From Tubulanus polymorphus (Eukaryota; Animalia; Nemertea): a stretch of 64,000 nucleotides of DNA. The notes under the pieces were generated by a model. That model did no database searches and was not told where the DNA came from. It saw only the letters and a list, made by a program, of their open reading frames with translations. Positions 13,301 through 26,270 of the stretch are shown here, piece after piece (positions within the stretch are counted from its first letter, which is position 1; each line of letters opens with the position of its first letter). Location of the stretch: assembly GCF_964204645.1 (NCBI RefSeq), contig NC_134034.1, positions 1,736,072 to 1,800,071 on the forward strand, read 5' to 3'. The position numbers and the translations under genes were made by a program.

Positions 13301-15862
13301 GGTATAAGGGATTAGAGGTATATGAGGTTTTAAGAGGTTAGGGGTGTAGAGGTTAAGTCAGGGAGGTTAGGGGATATGAGTAGGTTTTCAGAGGTTAGAT
13401 TATGAGAGGTTGCTCGAAGAGAGCGAGGTAAAGGGAAAGAGGTGGCAGAAGGAGAAAAAGAGGTTTAGAGGAAAAAAGTCTAAGAGTTTTAGTGAATTTT
13501 AGGGAGGTCAAAAGAGGTAGATTGAAGTCTAAGAGGGGCCAAAGGAGGTGTCCAGTCTGTGCTCACCATACCGTACACGGTTTACTGTAGAGGTCAGATC
13601 TGTGCCAGGAGGTTTTGTTTGGAGGTTAAAGAGGCTAAGGGGAGAGAGGTAGGCAAGCAGGGAGGTCAGAATTGGGAGTATGTCTACCAGGGAGAGAGTT
13701 AAGTGCACCACCCCGATATCAACTTTCCCTCTAACCACCTGAACCGGTAGCGACAGCAGCAGCTATCGGTTCTTAAATCCGCCACTGGGGGCAGCACATA
13801 CCAGGCATAGATTGTGACGACCGTATAAAAAATACAAAACTTTCGCGAACAAACGGCATCGAAAATAAAAGTTACGAAATTCAACAAAAACACAATTTTC
13901 AAATCTCGAAAAAGATGCTAAAATTCTGGCACGAAAAATTGTCTTCTTTTCTTTCTTGTCGGAATATTTTTTTTAAATCAGAAAGAGTGAGGAATTCTTA
14001 CTGTTTTGTTGTTGTTGTTGTTGTTGTTGTTGTATTTGGGCAGAGTTTGCGACGCTCCAGTTCTGGATGATGAACCGACTCCGACAACCGCTCCGGATCT
14101 ACTGCTGAACGTATCCGTAGATTTCACCGTCAACTGAACGAAATATCAGGAAAAATAGTTAAACATTTTTGGTGCCTCTAAAGATTTTGAATTTCGTACG
14201 CCACTTTGCCTGAAGCACTCAACTAGTTTATTAGCCTTTTGCGAGAGAAAAATTGGAGGTCGAAAGAGGAAAAATGAAAATTTCAAAATAACAATTTTCT
14301 TTATATTATTTGAGTATTTCTAGCACAAAGACTCGATCGAAAGTGGGAGAAATGAAATTAACTAACTTTTTGGAAAATTAAGACCGAAATAAGCAAAAAA
14401 TATATTTTTCTTTTTTTTGGATAAATTGAAATTAAATTTCTTCTCAAAATTTTTTGGGGCATTTGGTTCAAATCAAAGGAGTTCAACTCACGTTTTGTTT
14501 GCGTGGTTCGTAATTCTCTTTATCTGAAGAGGACGACGCCGATGAATTTTGCGAAAATCCGACAGTTCTGGAATTCCGAGCGCCGGCGTTGTAGTGCCCC
14601 CTGGTGGCCGCAATCGGTAGTTGATCCATAGACGAATGGTAGCTCCACTGCTGCTGCTGCTGCTGCTGCTGCTGCATGAGTTTCGCATCGGGCTGTCTCC
14701 TACGGGTTGGTAGAGTAGCCGACCCACTCGTAGCACCGGTCGACAGAGTACGCGCTCGACCTCCCGGGGAAACCCGCTCGCCGGGGGTGGCTCCCCCTAG
14801 CGTATGATACCGACGATAATTAACGACGTGCTTCCTCATTTTCCGGTTATCCGTTGCTCCCGACAACGTCAGTCCGAACGAACGCCCGAACTTTAAATCC
14901 TGCTCCGTCGAAACTCTCAATCCCGATTGGCCGGTAAACGACGTGCGTGATTGGCTAGAATTCTCCGCGGATATGGCGTATTTACGATCATCCTCGGAAG
15001 TAACACGTAATCCGACACCAGGTGGCGCTATTCGAAACCCTTCGCGATTGAAGTCGGGGTTATTTTCGGGCGTAACGCTCGGCGCACACCAATTGACGTA
15101 AATCGCCTCGCCGGACTTTTTACCGGCATCAATCTTTGGCGTATCGATACACGGAGGATCTATAATCGATTCGTCTTCGACACCGACGAGATATTCCTGG
15201 AACGTTTTCAACGAACCTCCGACCGACAACAGATCATCGCCATGGCAATCCGCCCCGTAGAAACAATCGTCGTCAAGTGCGGTCGTTGCTACGGGCGTTG
15301 CTGACGGCAGCGAGAATTTCCGCGCGTGGTATCGCCCGGTCGCGACGCGGGTTTTACCGCCTCCTCCGAAACTTCGACGCCTCGCGACGCAGTTGTCTTC
15401 GTACTCCGCGCGACCTCGACTTCGGTAATAATCGCCCGGCGCGTAATTCTCGTAATTCTCGTTGTCGTCGCGGTAACCGACGATTTTGAAATAATCCGAG
15501 AAATTGGTCGTCGTCGGCGCGGTTACGACCGATTGTTGCACCTGATCCAATTCGGCGAGAATTCCGCGCAGGTTTTTACCGGCAGCTCCTGCAGCGGCAG
15601 GCTGGTGCGCATCGGGTCGTCTGTACCATTCATCTCGCGGATCTACTGCCGGTGGATGCTGCTGCTGCTGCTGCTGATGTAACGATGGTGTTTGTAAATA
15701 TCTCTGAACGGGAGGAGGTTCAATCCATACTCCTGATGTCGCACCTGATGAGCAGATACCGCTGCTGCGTAGACCTGTTTGTATCTGTTGCTGCTGCTGC
15801 TGCTGTAGAGGTCTCCTCACTTCATACGCTGCAAACCAATAGAGACAATTTTTCAAATTCAT
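1359..15862 (-). CDS. SRCIN1/KIAA1217 (sickle tail)-like AIP3-domain protein, 5' exons; gene continues left of the window
   Basis: Exons with GT-AG ends and compatible phases: 15862-14492 (low complexity, polyQ), 14133-14002, 4471-4276 (..GFIRGGKERSTLPVVRTTSRTNEKPLG), 1557-1359 (GVVFLIFRDETKRAILPNEITHIDTVKALFVRSF..KIYVLDERRNVYYELE). The last two match the conserved N-terminal AIP3-like domain of SRCIN1/KIAA1217. The link to the 15862 exon is inferred. Confidence 0.8.
2582..3030. repeat. 15-bp minisatellite (CATACTGATACATCG)
   Basis: direct tandem repeats. Confidence 0.95.
3548..4050. repeat. 77-bp tandem repeat (GGATCCACCAGGTGTC core); same family at 50890-51445
   Basis: GATCC core at 3667, 3744 and 3821 (period 77). 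Confidence 0.9.
4518..4990. repeat. ~47-bp tandem repeat inside a MITE-like element; related copies at 9221-9390 and 53600-53942
   Basis: CTTAGACTGGTCTTAAGTTGTTAGATTGGCTATA units; GGCC(C)GGTT..CATAGTC terminus. Confidence 0.75.
5760..6215. repeat. 39-bp minisatellite (AGTCAAATTAAACCCACACAACTGTGGAACTGG)
   Basis: tandem copies; same family at 11225-11730. Confidence 0.9.
6570..7430. repeat. 60-bp minisatellite; same family at 47665-48260
   Basis: ~14 tandem copies of TTCAGTAAAATTATGATTAGTTACTAATGACGACCTTCTCATTCTCGATG.. Confidence 0.95.
7849..8826. repeat. 18-bp minisatellite (GACTAAAACTGACACATG)
   Basis: ~54 tandem copies. Confidence 0.97.
9495..9670. repeat. 21-bp tandem repeat (GGCAGACGGGTCTCAGATTTC)
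   Basis: direct repeats. Confidence 0.85.
9910..10760. repeat. ~53-bp minisatellite with alternating (dimeric) variants
   Basis: GGGCCTGGTTTTATAGACTGGGTATCAAAG..ATCCCTAGGGATAAAT units. Confidence 0.9.
11225..11730. repeat. 39-bp minisatellite (second locus)
   Basis: same unit as 5760-6215. Confidence 0.9.
12146..12390. mobile_element. two adjacent ~110-bp palindromic MITEs (PIF/Harbinger-like GGGCCCGGTTT termini)
   Basis: fold-back symmetry; family members at 35010-35119, 37093-37197, 37245-37353, 53450-53559, 57109-57271. Confidence 0.65.
12400..12770. repeat. 60-bp compound repeat built from ACTGTGGAACTG
   Basis: nearly identical 60-bp lines 12481-12720. Confidence 0.9.
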
Positions 15863-18698
15863 TTTTGGATTAATAGAATAAAATAACTAAATTATTTAAA
15901 TTACTTTAATTATTACTATTACTATCAAAAGTAGAAATTCCCAAAAGTTTATACCTTGTTTCTCATTTCTGTGGAGATTAAAAGTTGACCCAACCGGCGA
16001 CCTATCTACCCTGCACATGTACATTACTTTTTTTAAATCACAATCAAGCTAACATTAACAGACCTGCCGAGTTATGATGTAACGAACTGATTACAAATTC
16101 TATTGCAGTTAGGAGAAACAAAGCATCCCTTTATTCTAGCCTAAAATACCACAAAACTTTACGGATTTCAATTAAGATAGAAACCCAAAAAGGCCAAACT
16201 TTCCTTGAGAAGTTATTAAAATCGATCTTTACAACAGCTTAGAAAAAGAGGCTTGAACAGGACCTGCGAACTTGTTTAATCAACTTTTGAACAATTTTTC
16301 CCTGATAGTAAAGCCTAAGTTGAAGCGACTTTTGAGCCACCCAGCCCTATAACTTCATTGCTTGGATAGTTCTTACAGACACTTAATAGTAGGCCACAAG
16401 TTTAGTTGCACATTCACCGGTTTGATTGATGCAAAGATTCCATTGCAATGATTGAAATCTATTGGCAAAACTTGGTCCGACTGCCCGAATAAACCGATTT
16501 AAAAGTCAACCACCTCTAAACCCATCTCTCCCTTGCCTTCATTCATTATTAGCCGGCTAACTACAGGTTTTATAAATGTTTACACAAATAATTAGTTAGT
16601 ATGAAACACCTACCGGTACGGGAGCGTGCAGGGTAAATATTCACAGGTGTGAAGAGAAAGAGAGAGAGTAGAGAGAACAGAGAGGAAGGAATTTGATGAT
16701 TACATTTTACCAATAACAGATACCATCTGGACAGAGTTAACTATAAAATAGCTGATACATCAATCTGTGTGAATCTGTGAATCTATCTAAGGGAACGGCT
16801 CAGATACACGCAGACCAGACACTAAACAGATAGCCGGGCTAGATAAGTAAATAAACTCGCGATCATTTTTTTAAGCATGTTGTATCTTTTATTTGCGTGG
16901 CAGTAAAGTGCCGTAGCATGGCGGGCCGTCGTGCTAAAACCCCTCAGCGAGAACACCGTAGCCCGTTCAATAAATTGTAGTAAGTCACAAAATTGACATA
17001 AAAAATAGGGCAGCTTCAGATCAATGAGTCGTAGGGCCCCTGATCAGTAGAATCGAAAAAATAAATTGGAAATCATTCCGATTCGAGAGTATCTTTAAAT
17101 TTGCCAAATTTCACAGCAAGGAACGATAACATTAACAGTCAGGCCTATTAAACTAAATCAATAAAACTTAAAAATCTCACGTAGATTATGGATGAGTTCT
17201 GAGCTCCACAATCGGGTAGGTCTACAATCCTTTGAAGGGGGATGGACCTAAAAAAATTGGAATGGGCGCTTAATTTGGAGGCAGATTCTGCAATGCGAGG
17301 GCTGCAAGTGTAAAACATTAGAAGGGGGTTCTGGTAGCCGGCCTCCCACAGAAAAGGTAAGACAAAATTAGGGGCTTTTATTGCCCTTTTCGCGGCCCAT
17401 TTGAGTCTCCAATCCACCATTGGTATTTGGTTTAAAAAGGGATCATCGTATTTTGACGGACAATTTTCTTGAATTTTTCACGCATTATTATAACTCACCC
17501 CCGGCAACATCGTTCACTCTCATTGAAGAACGGCTTCTTCTGTGACGCTGCATTTTGTTTTTGGGCCGATACGAAGAAAACCTGTGACGAGAAAATACGA
17601 ATAAAATCACATCAATTTCTTACCAAAAACTTTGGATCAATAAAAATCAATGCGGCGCTGGGGTTACTGTGTCGAAGGCCGGAATCCAGCGGACCAGGAA
17701 CCAGATAATAAAATAGGCTACCTAAGGCTCCTCGGCCTACTAAAACTAAAACTAAAAGTTGTATGTAGGCCTACTCTGACTCCTCGGACCCCGTCGGAGA
17801 GAGACGGAGCGGAGGGAGGGAGGAGAGTCCAGGACCAATCTGATGAGTCGGGATGGCATTCAACGGCACATTCACTGGCACGCGAGGGCTCAATTAGCCT
17901 GCCAGAATCAAATTATTCCACAAAAAAAACAACTAATTAGAATGTCATTTCATTAATTAACCACAAAATTAATTAATTACCTGGGACGGCGAACTGTCAA
18001 AGTGGACTGTCAATTCAAATCAAGCGCCCCCACACTTCTCCGGTAATCCTAATCCCCGGACACAGACTTTATATCGGTTTGGACTAAGACACTTCCTCCC
18101 TCACATGCCAGGGGAATGCCGATTGGATGAGGAGGACTCCTCGTGAAGTCGGAGGCGTCAGCGGTCGTACTAAAATTTGAAAAAGACTCCGAATTTAATT
18201 CATAAATTATTTAGACCCACTTCCGCAGTTCTAGAATTCAGATTTCGCTCGTCAGTTACCCATCGAGAATAAACTAATAATGACTTAAGATTTTAACTCT
18301 CACCCGTAATTCATGGCCAGCTGCAATGTCGGTTGTCCACATCAATTAATTCGTAACCGATGTCTAACTTTTTGTTTTTAAGCTTTAGATAGAAATTAAT
18401 TTCTTGTTGGGTCTCAAACCGTGAATGTTAGTTTATGTATGTATCTATGTATGTATTGTGAAACTCAACAGCCCTCCCTTAATCAATTACTATTCGAACA
18501 CGGGTCAGGATTCATCCTCAATGTTTTTAGATAACTAACTACTAGTCAAATATCTTCACTCGGTAATTGAGATTGTGTGTAATTAATTATCTTTGTATTG
18601 TAATTATCTTGTAATTCGGTAATTTGAAATCGTTTGTAATTAGCTTCGTCTTATTCTATATAAATACCAGTATGATATGTAAATTTAATCACTTGCGC

Positions 18699-18745
18699 TA
18701 TGCCTGAAGAGGGGATGATGTAACTCCCGAAAACGTTCGCTTAAT
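18699..18745 (+). ncRNA. single minimal type I hammerhead motif in a Penelope-like terminal-repeat remnant (copies ~23476, ~27246 degenerate, ~31256)
   Basis: ATGC-CTGAAGA-G-GGGA(tgatgtaac)TCCC-GAAA-ACGT-TC-GC; palindromic AACGTT stem III; stem I weak. Confidence 0.55.
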
Positions 18746-19484
18746 AGATATATATATAACTCATTAGAAATTAAGATTTGTACTGTTGTTGCTTCTATGG
18801 ATCTTGAACTATCTAGACTCTCTACCTAAGATCATTTTGGTTTTGATTAACACAAATTATTCGACACGAGAATCCAGTCAATCATCCCCTTTTCATTGTT
18901 ATGACACCTTCTAAACATTTCATGGCAGATAGCTCCTAAAATTGAGGAGAAAGTGGTGATAATGGTAAATTTTCTGTATGTAATCAGTCCTTGGTCGTTT
19001 TTTCTGGTATTGATTAGGGGGACCGGTTCTTAGGGTGGATACTCATTTATTTCGGGTGGATCAAGGTGGATAAGTGTAGTTATGCATATGAAATGTAAAA
19101 AGGTGGATGGGCAAAACCAGTCTCTAATTGACGATAAAGACCGGCAATCAGTCTAGTGCAACACATATCTTAGTTACAGAATCTTGTAAGATTTTGGATA
19201 CGTGAGATAAAATAGAATATGGAGTTTTTTCTGGGATGGCGTTCCATACGATCTGATCGGACAAACCGCAACTAAGTGCAAAAATTGACCGATACCACGA
19301 CGATAACAAGCAGTTAACAACCCAATCATTGCTTTATTCACTCGAAGTTTTGTTGAATCGCATTATATAAGAAGAGATGTGAGTTACAGATATGAATTCA
19401 ATTCGTGCTTTTTCTAAACGTACACACGAACCAGTCAGACTGTCGGTAATCTGAATGCGGTTCAGTTTCATAATCGGATATTCC

Positions 19485-20571
19485 TTACGATGCACATACA
19501 AGAGCTTTTTGGTCACATATAAATTTGCCGCAACAATCACTGGTTTGATAACATCTATTGGTGAAGTGTCCGCAACCTATAAGATAAACAGGCGTACAAT
19601 TAGAAATTGAATGTTGAAGTAACGCGCTTTTTACTTTAAATGGAAACGAAAAGTTGACGAGAGAAATCCCACAATAACAAAGCCAAAATTGAAAAATTAT
19701 ATATCGGAACGATTGTATTTGAGGAGCGGCGTTTCGGCTAACAACTGTTAACACTGTCATCAGGCGTACTCATATAGTTGCTCCAAATAGTCGAATAGTT
19801 GAACCTCGACCGGTAGACCACTGCAACTAGTGACCGTGAATATGCCGTGAGCCCGAACATTGAGAGGTGAGAAAGCACCCGCACAAATCCCAATTTAATC
19901 CTCCCCATTCTGAGCGAGTATTTATTTGTCTTGTCTCAGCGTGTTAAAGCTCACTGACAAACCCATTTTCCATTTCTATTTACAGTTATATGCACTCCTG
20001 TCAACCTACTGAACTATTTGTTGACATCGTTATTTTATTGAAGTTTTTCGTGAATGCACCTAAATAAAGATTTAACGTAATGAGGAGAGCTAGCGTGTTG
20101 TGTTTCACTCGGCGTCTAATTGAGTTGAATAATTCGCCGACGTGAACTTACAGAAACGATGCACGTCGATTTCTGTTATTCATTCGTTCTAATTCTTCAA
20201 TGAAACAGGTTCAAGACATGTTATGTGCTTCAATCAATAGGCTAGGGGATTCTTGATTTCTACATTAATCTATTTCTTATTGCGCCAATTGAATTTAGAG
20301 AAATTACAGGAGAACAAAATGGAAAGTCATCGAAAAATTGTAGACAGCAGATAGCTAGTGTTTTTATGTGTGTACTGTTGCCTGAAATGCATTTTTTTTT
20401 CGATTGGTTACTAATTACTTCATGTTTAAAACCTTAACCTATCAATTTCTGTGAAAAAAATCGATGAAATGTATTAGTATCCCATAGTCGTTACTCACCA
20501 TTTACAACTGACGCGGCACTGACCATAATCATCAGAGCGGCACACGCACGATATATCAAACTAGCCAACAT
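19485..20571 (-). CDS. secreted ICK/knottin toxin-like peptide, copy 1 (54 aa): MLASLIYRACAALMIMVSAASVVN-GCGHFTNRCYQTSDCCGKFICDQKALVCAS
   Basis: Exon 20571-20499 (signal peptide, phase-1 GTGAGT donor) plus exon 19576-19485 (ATAG acceptor, TAA); C-X6-C-X5-CC-X4-C-X6-C; AATAAA at 19333-19338. Confidence 0.88.
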
Positions 20572-21041
20572 TTTTTGTCACCTACAATTTCAATTCTAAA
20601 GAAGTATTTGAAGCATTCTTTATCTCTCATATAACTGATTCTCCCCTCTCCGTTTGTGCTTTATTGACTTTTGCTCGAAAGGATTTTTATTATAAAATTT
20701 TAGAGGTTAATTAAGTTAGTTAATTAATATTGCTTTGCCTTGCATTGTATTATAACTACAATCCACTTTCAGAACATGAATCCGAGAAGTTTGGCATACA
20801 TATCAAGATTTCATTGGGAGAAATCGATCCTAAATATGATCAAATTCAATTATCATCACGAGGATCTCATAGAATATATTCCTTTGTAATCAGACAATTC
20901 TTCAGTATGAAATTAGCATACTGCATGAGAAAATAAAACTGATAATAACGTGTCATTTCGAAGACTCATATAGTATATAAACAACAGTATATAAACCCGT
21001 ATTATAGCTCAGTCGCTCAGCAATCGTTCTATTACAGATGT

Positions 21042-21113
21042 ACTTACTTTGTCTAAACGATGACATCTACCGCAGTTGCTGTTAGTTATGACCAATACGT
21101 TTGAATATTTATA
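21042..21113 (-). promoter_or_regulatory. TATA box (TATAAATA) and short non-coding first exon of ICK gene 1; equivalent TATA boxes at 25761-25768, 29588-29595 and 33133-33140
   Basis: TATAAATA at 21113-21106; GTAAGT donor ~60 nt downstream at 21047-21042; TGTAG acceptor ~10 nt before the ATG; same layout in all four units. Confidence 0.65.
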
Positions 21114-21308
21114 GAAGCACAGAAAGTTAATACGCAGTTTGCAGAATTTGCTTTTCTATTCACGATGTTGGTTCATCGGACGCAAATTTCAGTAACTCGA
21201 GTCGTAATTGCAGCAGGTGGTAAAATATGAAGCATGAATTATTTTATTTTTCGATCGAATGTCTAGTCATAATATTGCTTGCATTAATAAAATATATAGT
21301 TTCGCTTA

Positions 21309-22875
21309 AATACTGTATTCCTTGAGTTAGTGTAGTTTATTCAACGTTTCGACTTTAGCCTAATAGTCATCTTCAGGAATACTGTATTCCTTGAGCTAGT
21401 GTAGTTTATTCAACGTTACGACTATGTCCTAGTAGTCACTTTCAGGAATTCTGTATTCGTTGAGCTAGTGTAGTTTATTCAACGTTTCGACTATATCCTA
21501 GTAGTCATCTTCAGGAATACTGTATTCCTTGAGCTAGTATAGTTTATTCAACGTTTCGACTATATCCTAGTAGTCATCTTCAGGAATACTGTATTCCTTG
21601 AGCTAGTATAGTTTATTCAACGTCTCGACTATATCCTAGTAGTCATTTTCAGGAATTCTGTATTCGTTGAGCTAGTGTAGTTTATTCAACGTTTCGACTA
21701 TATCCTAGTAGTCATCTTCAGGAATACTGTTTTCCTTGAGCTAGTATAGTTTATTCAACGTCTCGACTATATCCTAGGAGTCATCTTCAGGAATACTGTA
21801 TTCCTTGAGCTAGTGTAGTTTATTCAACGTTTCGACTATATCCTAGTAGTCATCTTCAGGAATACTGTATTCATTGAGCTAGTGTAGTTTTTTCAACGTT
21901 TCGACTATATCCTTATAGTCATCTTCAGGAATGCTGTATTCCTTAAGCTAGTGTAGTTTATTCAACGTTTAGACTATATCCTAATAGTCATCTTCAGGAA
22001 TGCTGTATTCCTTGAGCTAGTATAGTTTATTCAACGTCTCGACTATATCCTAGTAGTCATCTTCAGGAATACTGTATTCATTGAGCTAGTGTAGTTTATT
22101 CAACGTTTCGACGATGTCCTGATAGTCATTTTCAGGAATTCTGTATTCGTTGAGCTAGTGTAGTTTATTCAACGTTTCGACTATATCCTAGTAGTCATCT
22201 TCAGGAATACTGTTTTCCTTGAGCTAGTATAGTTTATTCAACGTCTCGACTATATCCTAGGAGTCATCTTCAGGAATACTGTATTCCTTGAGCTAGTGTA
22301 GTTTATTCAAAGTTTCGACTATATCCTACGTAATAGTTATCTTCAGGAATACTGTATTCCTTGAGCTAGTGTAGTTAATTCAATGTTTCGACTATATCCT
22401 AATAGTCATCTTCAGGAATACTGTATTCCTTGAGCTAGTGTAGTTTATTCAACGTCTCGACTATATCCTAGGAGTCATCTTCAGGAATACTGTTTTCCTT
22501 GAGCTAGTATAGTTTATTCAACGTCTCGACTATATCCTAGGAGTCATCTTCAGGAATACTGTATTCCTTGAGCTAGTGTAGTTTATTCAACGTTTCGACT
22601 ATATCCTACGTAATAGTTATCTTCAGGAATACTGTATTCCTTGAGCTAGTGTAGTTAATTCAATGTTTCGACTATATCCTAATAGTCATCTTCAGGAATA
22701 CTGTATTCCTTGAGCTAGTGTAGTTTATTCAACGTTTCGACTATATCCTAGTAGTCATCTTCAGGAATACTGTATTCCTTGAGCTAGTGTAGTTTATTCA
22801 ACGTTTCGACCATATTCTAGTAGTCATCTTCAGAGAATAATCCTGAAGATGACTACTAGGATACAGTCGAAACGG
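21309..22875 (-). ncRNA. 69-bp tandem array (~22 copies) of minimal hammerhead-ribozyme motifs, ending in an inverted partial copy
   Basis: Minus-strand unit: TATTC-CTGAAGA-T-GACTA(ctaggata)TAGTC-GAAA-CG-TT-GAATA. Confidence 0.75.
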
Positions 22876-24267
22876 GGACAGTAGGATTAGGACAGGGTAT
22901 TTCCGATTGAACGAGGTGGACTCCTCGTGAAGTCGGAGGCGTCCGCGGTCGAACTAAAATTGAAAAAGACTCCGAATTTAACTCATAAATTTTTTGCACC
23001 CACTTCCACAGTTCTAGAATTCAGATTTCGCTCGTCAGTAACTCATCGAGAAAAAACTAATAATGACTTTAGATTTTAACTCTCACCCGTAATTCATGGC
23101 CAGCTGCAATGTCGGTTGTCCACATCAATTAATTCGTAACCGATATCTAACTTTTTGTTTATAAGCTTTAGATAGAAATTAATTTCTTCTTGTGTTGGGT
23201 CTCAAACCGTGAATGTTAGTTTATGTATGTATTATGAAACTCAACAGCCCTCCCTTAATCAATGACTATTCGAACACGGGTCAGGATTCATCCTCAATGT
23301 TTTTAGATAACTAACTACTAGTCAAATATCTTCACTCAGTAATTGAGATTGTGTGTAATTAATTATCTTTGTATTGTAATTATCTTGTAATTCGGTAATT
23401 TGAAATTGTTTGTAATTAGCTTCGTCTTATTCTATATAAATTCCAGTATGATATGTAAATTTAATCACTTGCGCTATGCCTGAAGATGGGATGATGTAAC
23501 TCCCGAAAACTTTCGTTTAATGTTTGCTTAATAAATATATATTCATAAGAAAATGAGATTTGTACTGTTGTTGCTTCTATGGATCTTGAACTATCTAAAC
23601 TCTCTACCTAAGATCATTTTGGTTTTGATTAACACAAATTATTCAACACGAGAATCTAGTCAATCATCCCCTTTTCATTGTTATGACACCTTCTAAACAT
23701 TTCATGGCAGATAGCTCCTAAAATTGAGGAGAAAGTGGTGATAATGATAAATTTTCTGTCTGTATGAGTCCTTGGTCGTTTTTTCTGGTATTGATTAGGG
23801 GGACCGGTTCTTAGGGTGGATACTCTTATTTATTTCGGGTGGATCAAGGTGGATAAGTGTAGTTATGCATATGAAATGTAAAATGGTGGATGGGCAAAAC
23901 CAGTCTATATTTGAAGATAAAGACCGGCAACCAGTCTATTGCAACACATATCTTGGTTACAGAATCTTGTAAGATTTTGGATACGTGAGATAAAATAGAA
24001 TATGGAGTTTTTTCTGGGATGGCGTTCCATACGATCTGATGGGACAAAATCGCAATTAAATGCAAAAATTGACGATACCGCGACGATTACAAGCAGTTAA
24101 CAATCCGATCATTGCTTTATTCACTCGTAGTTTTATTGAGTCGCATTATATAAGAAAAGATGTGAGTTACAGATATGAATTCAATTCGTGCTTTTTCCAA
24201 ACGTACACACGAACCAGTCAGACTGTCGGTAATCTGAATGCGGTTCAATTTCATAATCGTATATTCC

Positions 24268-25233
24268 TTACGACGAGATACATTTAAGCATATGAATGTT
24301 ACATGCTCCATTGTTGCAACAATTGCCGTCGCCGGGAACGCAGGGACTGCCTTTGGGTGTGCAACCTATAAAATAAACAAGCGTAGAATATTAGAAATGG
24401 AATGTTGAAGTAACGCGCTTTTTACTTAAAATGGAAACGAATAGTTGAACCTCGACCGGTAGACCACTGCAACTAGTGACCGTGAATATGCCATGAGCCC
24501 GAACATTGAGAGGTGAGAAAGCACCCGCACAAATCCCAATTTAATCCTCCCCATTCTGAGCGAGTATTTATTTGTCTTGTCTCAACGTGTTAGAGCTCAC
24601 TGACAAACCTTTTTTCAATTTCGATTTACAGCTTTATGCACTCCTGATCCTGTCAACCTACTGAACTATTTGTTGCCATCGTTATTTTATTGAAGTTTTT
24701 CGTGAATGCACCTAAATAAAGATTTAACGTAATGAGGACAGCTAGCGTGTTGTGTTTCACTCGGCGTCTAATTGAGTTGAATAATTCGCCGACGTGAACG
24801 GGAATCTTACAGAAGCGATGCACGTCGATTTCTGTTATTCCTTCTTTCTAATTCTTCAATGAAACAGGTTCAGGACATGCTAAGTGCTTCAATCAATAGG
24901 CTAGGGGATTCTTGATTTCTACATTAATCTATTTCTAATTGCGCCAATTGAATTTAGTGAAATTACAGGAGAACAAAATGGAAAGTTCTCGAAAAATTGT
25001 AGACAGCAGATAGCTATTGTTTTTATGTGTGTATTGTTGCCTGAAATGCATTTTTTCGATTGATTACTTACTACTTCATGTTTAAAACCTTAACCTATCA
25101 TTTTCTGTGAAAAAAATCGATGAAATGTATTAGTATACCATAACCATAGTCGTTACTCACCATTTACAACTGACGCGGCACTGACCATAATCATCAGAGC
25201 GGCACACACACGATATTTCAAACTAGCCAACAT
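24268..25233 (-). CDS. secreted ICK/knottin toxin-like peptide, copy 2 (56 aa): MLASLKYRVCAALMIMVSAASVVN-GCTPKGSPCVPGDGNCCNNGACNIHMLKCISS
   Basis: Exons 25233-25161 and 24365-24268; C-X6-C-X6-CC-X4-C-X6-C; AATAAA at 24116-24121. Confidence 0.88.
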
Positions 25234-26270
25234 TTTTGTCACCTACAATTTCAATTCCAAAGAAGTATTTGAAGCATTCTTTATCTCTCATATAACTGAT
25301 TCTCTCCGTGTGTGCCTTATTGACATTTGCTCGAAAGTTTTTTTATCATAAAACTTTAGAGGTTAATTAAATTAGTATTGCATTGCATTGCATTGCATTG
25401 TATTATAACTACAATCCACTTTCAGAACATGAATCCGAGAAGTTTGGCATATATATTAAGATTTCTTTGGGAGAAATCGATCCTAAATATGATCAAATTC
25501 AATTATCATCACGAGGATCTCATAGAATATATTCCTTTGTAATCAGACAATTCTTCAGTATGAAATTATCATACTGCATGAGAAAATAAAACTGATAATA
25601 ACGTGTCATTTCAAAGACTCATATAGTATATAAACAACAGTATATAAACCCGTATTATAGCTCAGTCGCTCAGCAATCGTTCTATTACAGATGTACTTAC
25701 TTTGTCTAAACGATGACGTCTACCTAGCAGTTGCTGTTAGTTATGAGCAATACGTTTGAATATTTATAAAAGCACAGAAAGTTAATACGCAGTTTGCAGA
25801 ATTTGCTTTTCTATTCACGATGTTGGTTCATCGGATGTAAATTTCAGTAACTCGAGTCGTAATTGCAGCAGGTGGTAAAATATGAAGCATGAATTATTTT
25901 ATTATTCGATCGAATGTCTAGACACAATATTGCTTCCATTTATAAAATATATAATTTCGCTTATTGTTCAGAAATCCTATTTCAGCTGGGAGAAGTTATC
26001 ACTCATTGTTTAAGATGTAGTCTTACTTGGAGTAATCAGACTGAAGTCTGATTTCTTCAAGGGTTGATAAAGCTGCTATGTATCGTCCACGTGCTCGTAA
26101 GTGCACAAAATGACAACGACGCACTTGCACCAGTAGAATACAATAAGTTCTTTCACAGGACTTTAGATCACACGCAGTGACTTGACTCCAGGGAAACCTG
26201 GCAGCATCAGGATTTTGACGCGATATAGATAGAATACCACAATGATAAGGAAAAATGTACTTCGAGATAA

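Noticed and set aside
17849-17870. CTGATGAG hammerhead-like core
   Set aside because: No stem II or GAAA follows.
19577-19760. N-terminal part of the 91-aa ORF 19485..19760
   Set aside because: Intronic and disrupted by deletions in the other three units; only the sequence after the AG at 19578-19577 is the real exon.
21309-22832. CRISPR-like regular array
   Set aside because: No unique spacers, no cas genes, and a eukaryotic context; the monomers are contiguous tandem repeats.
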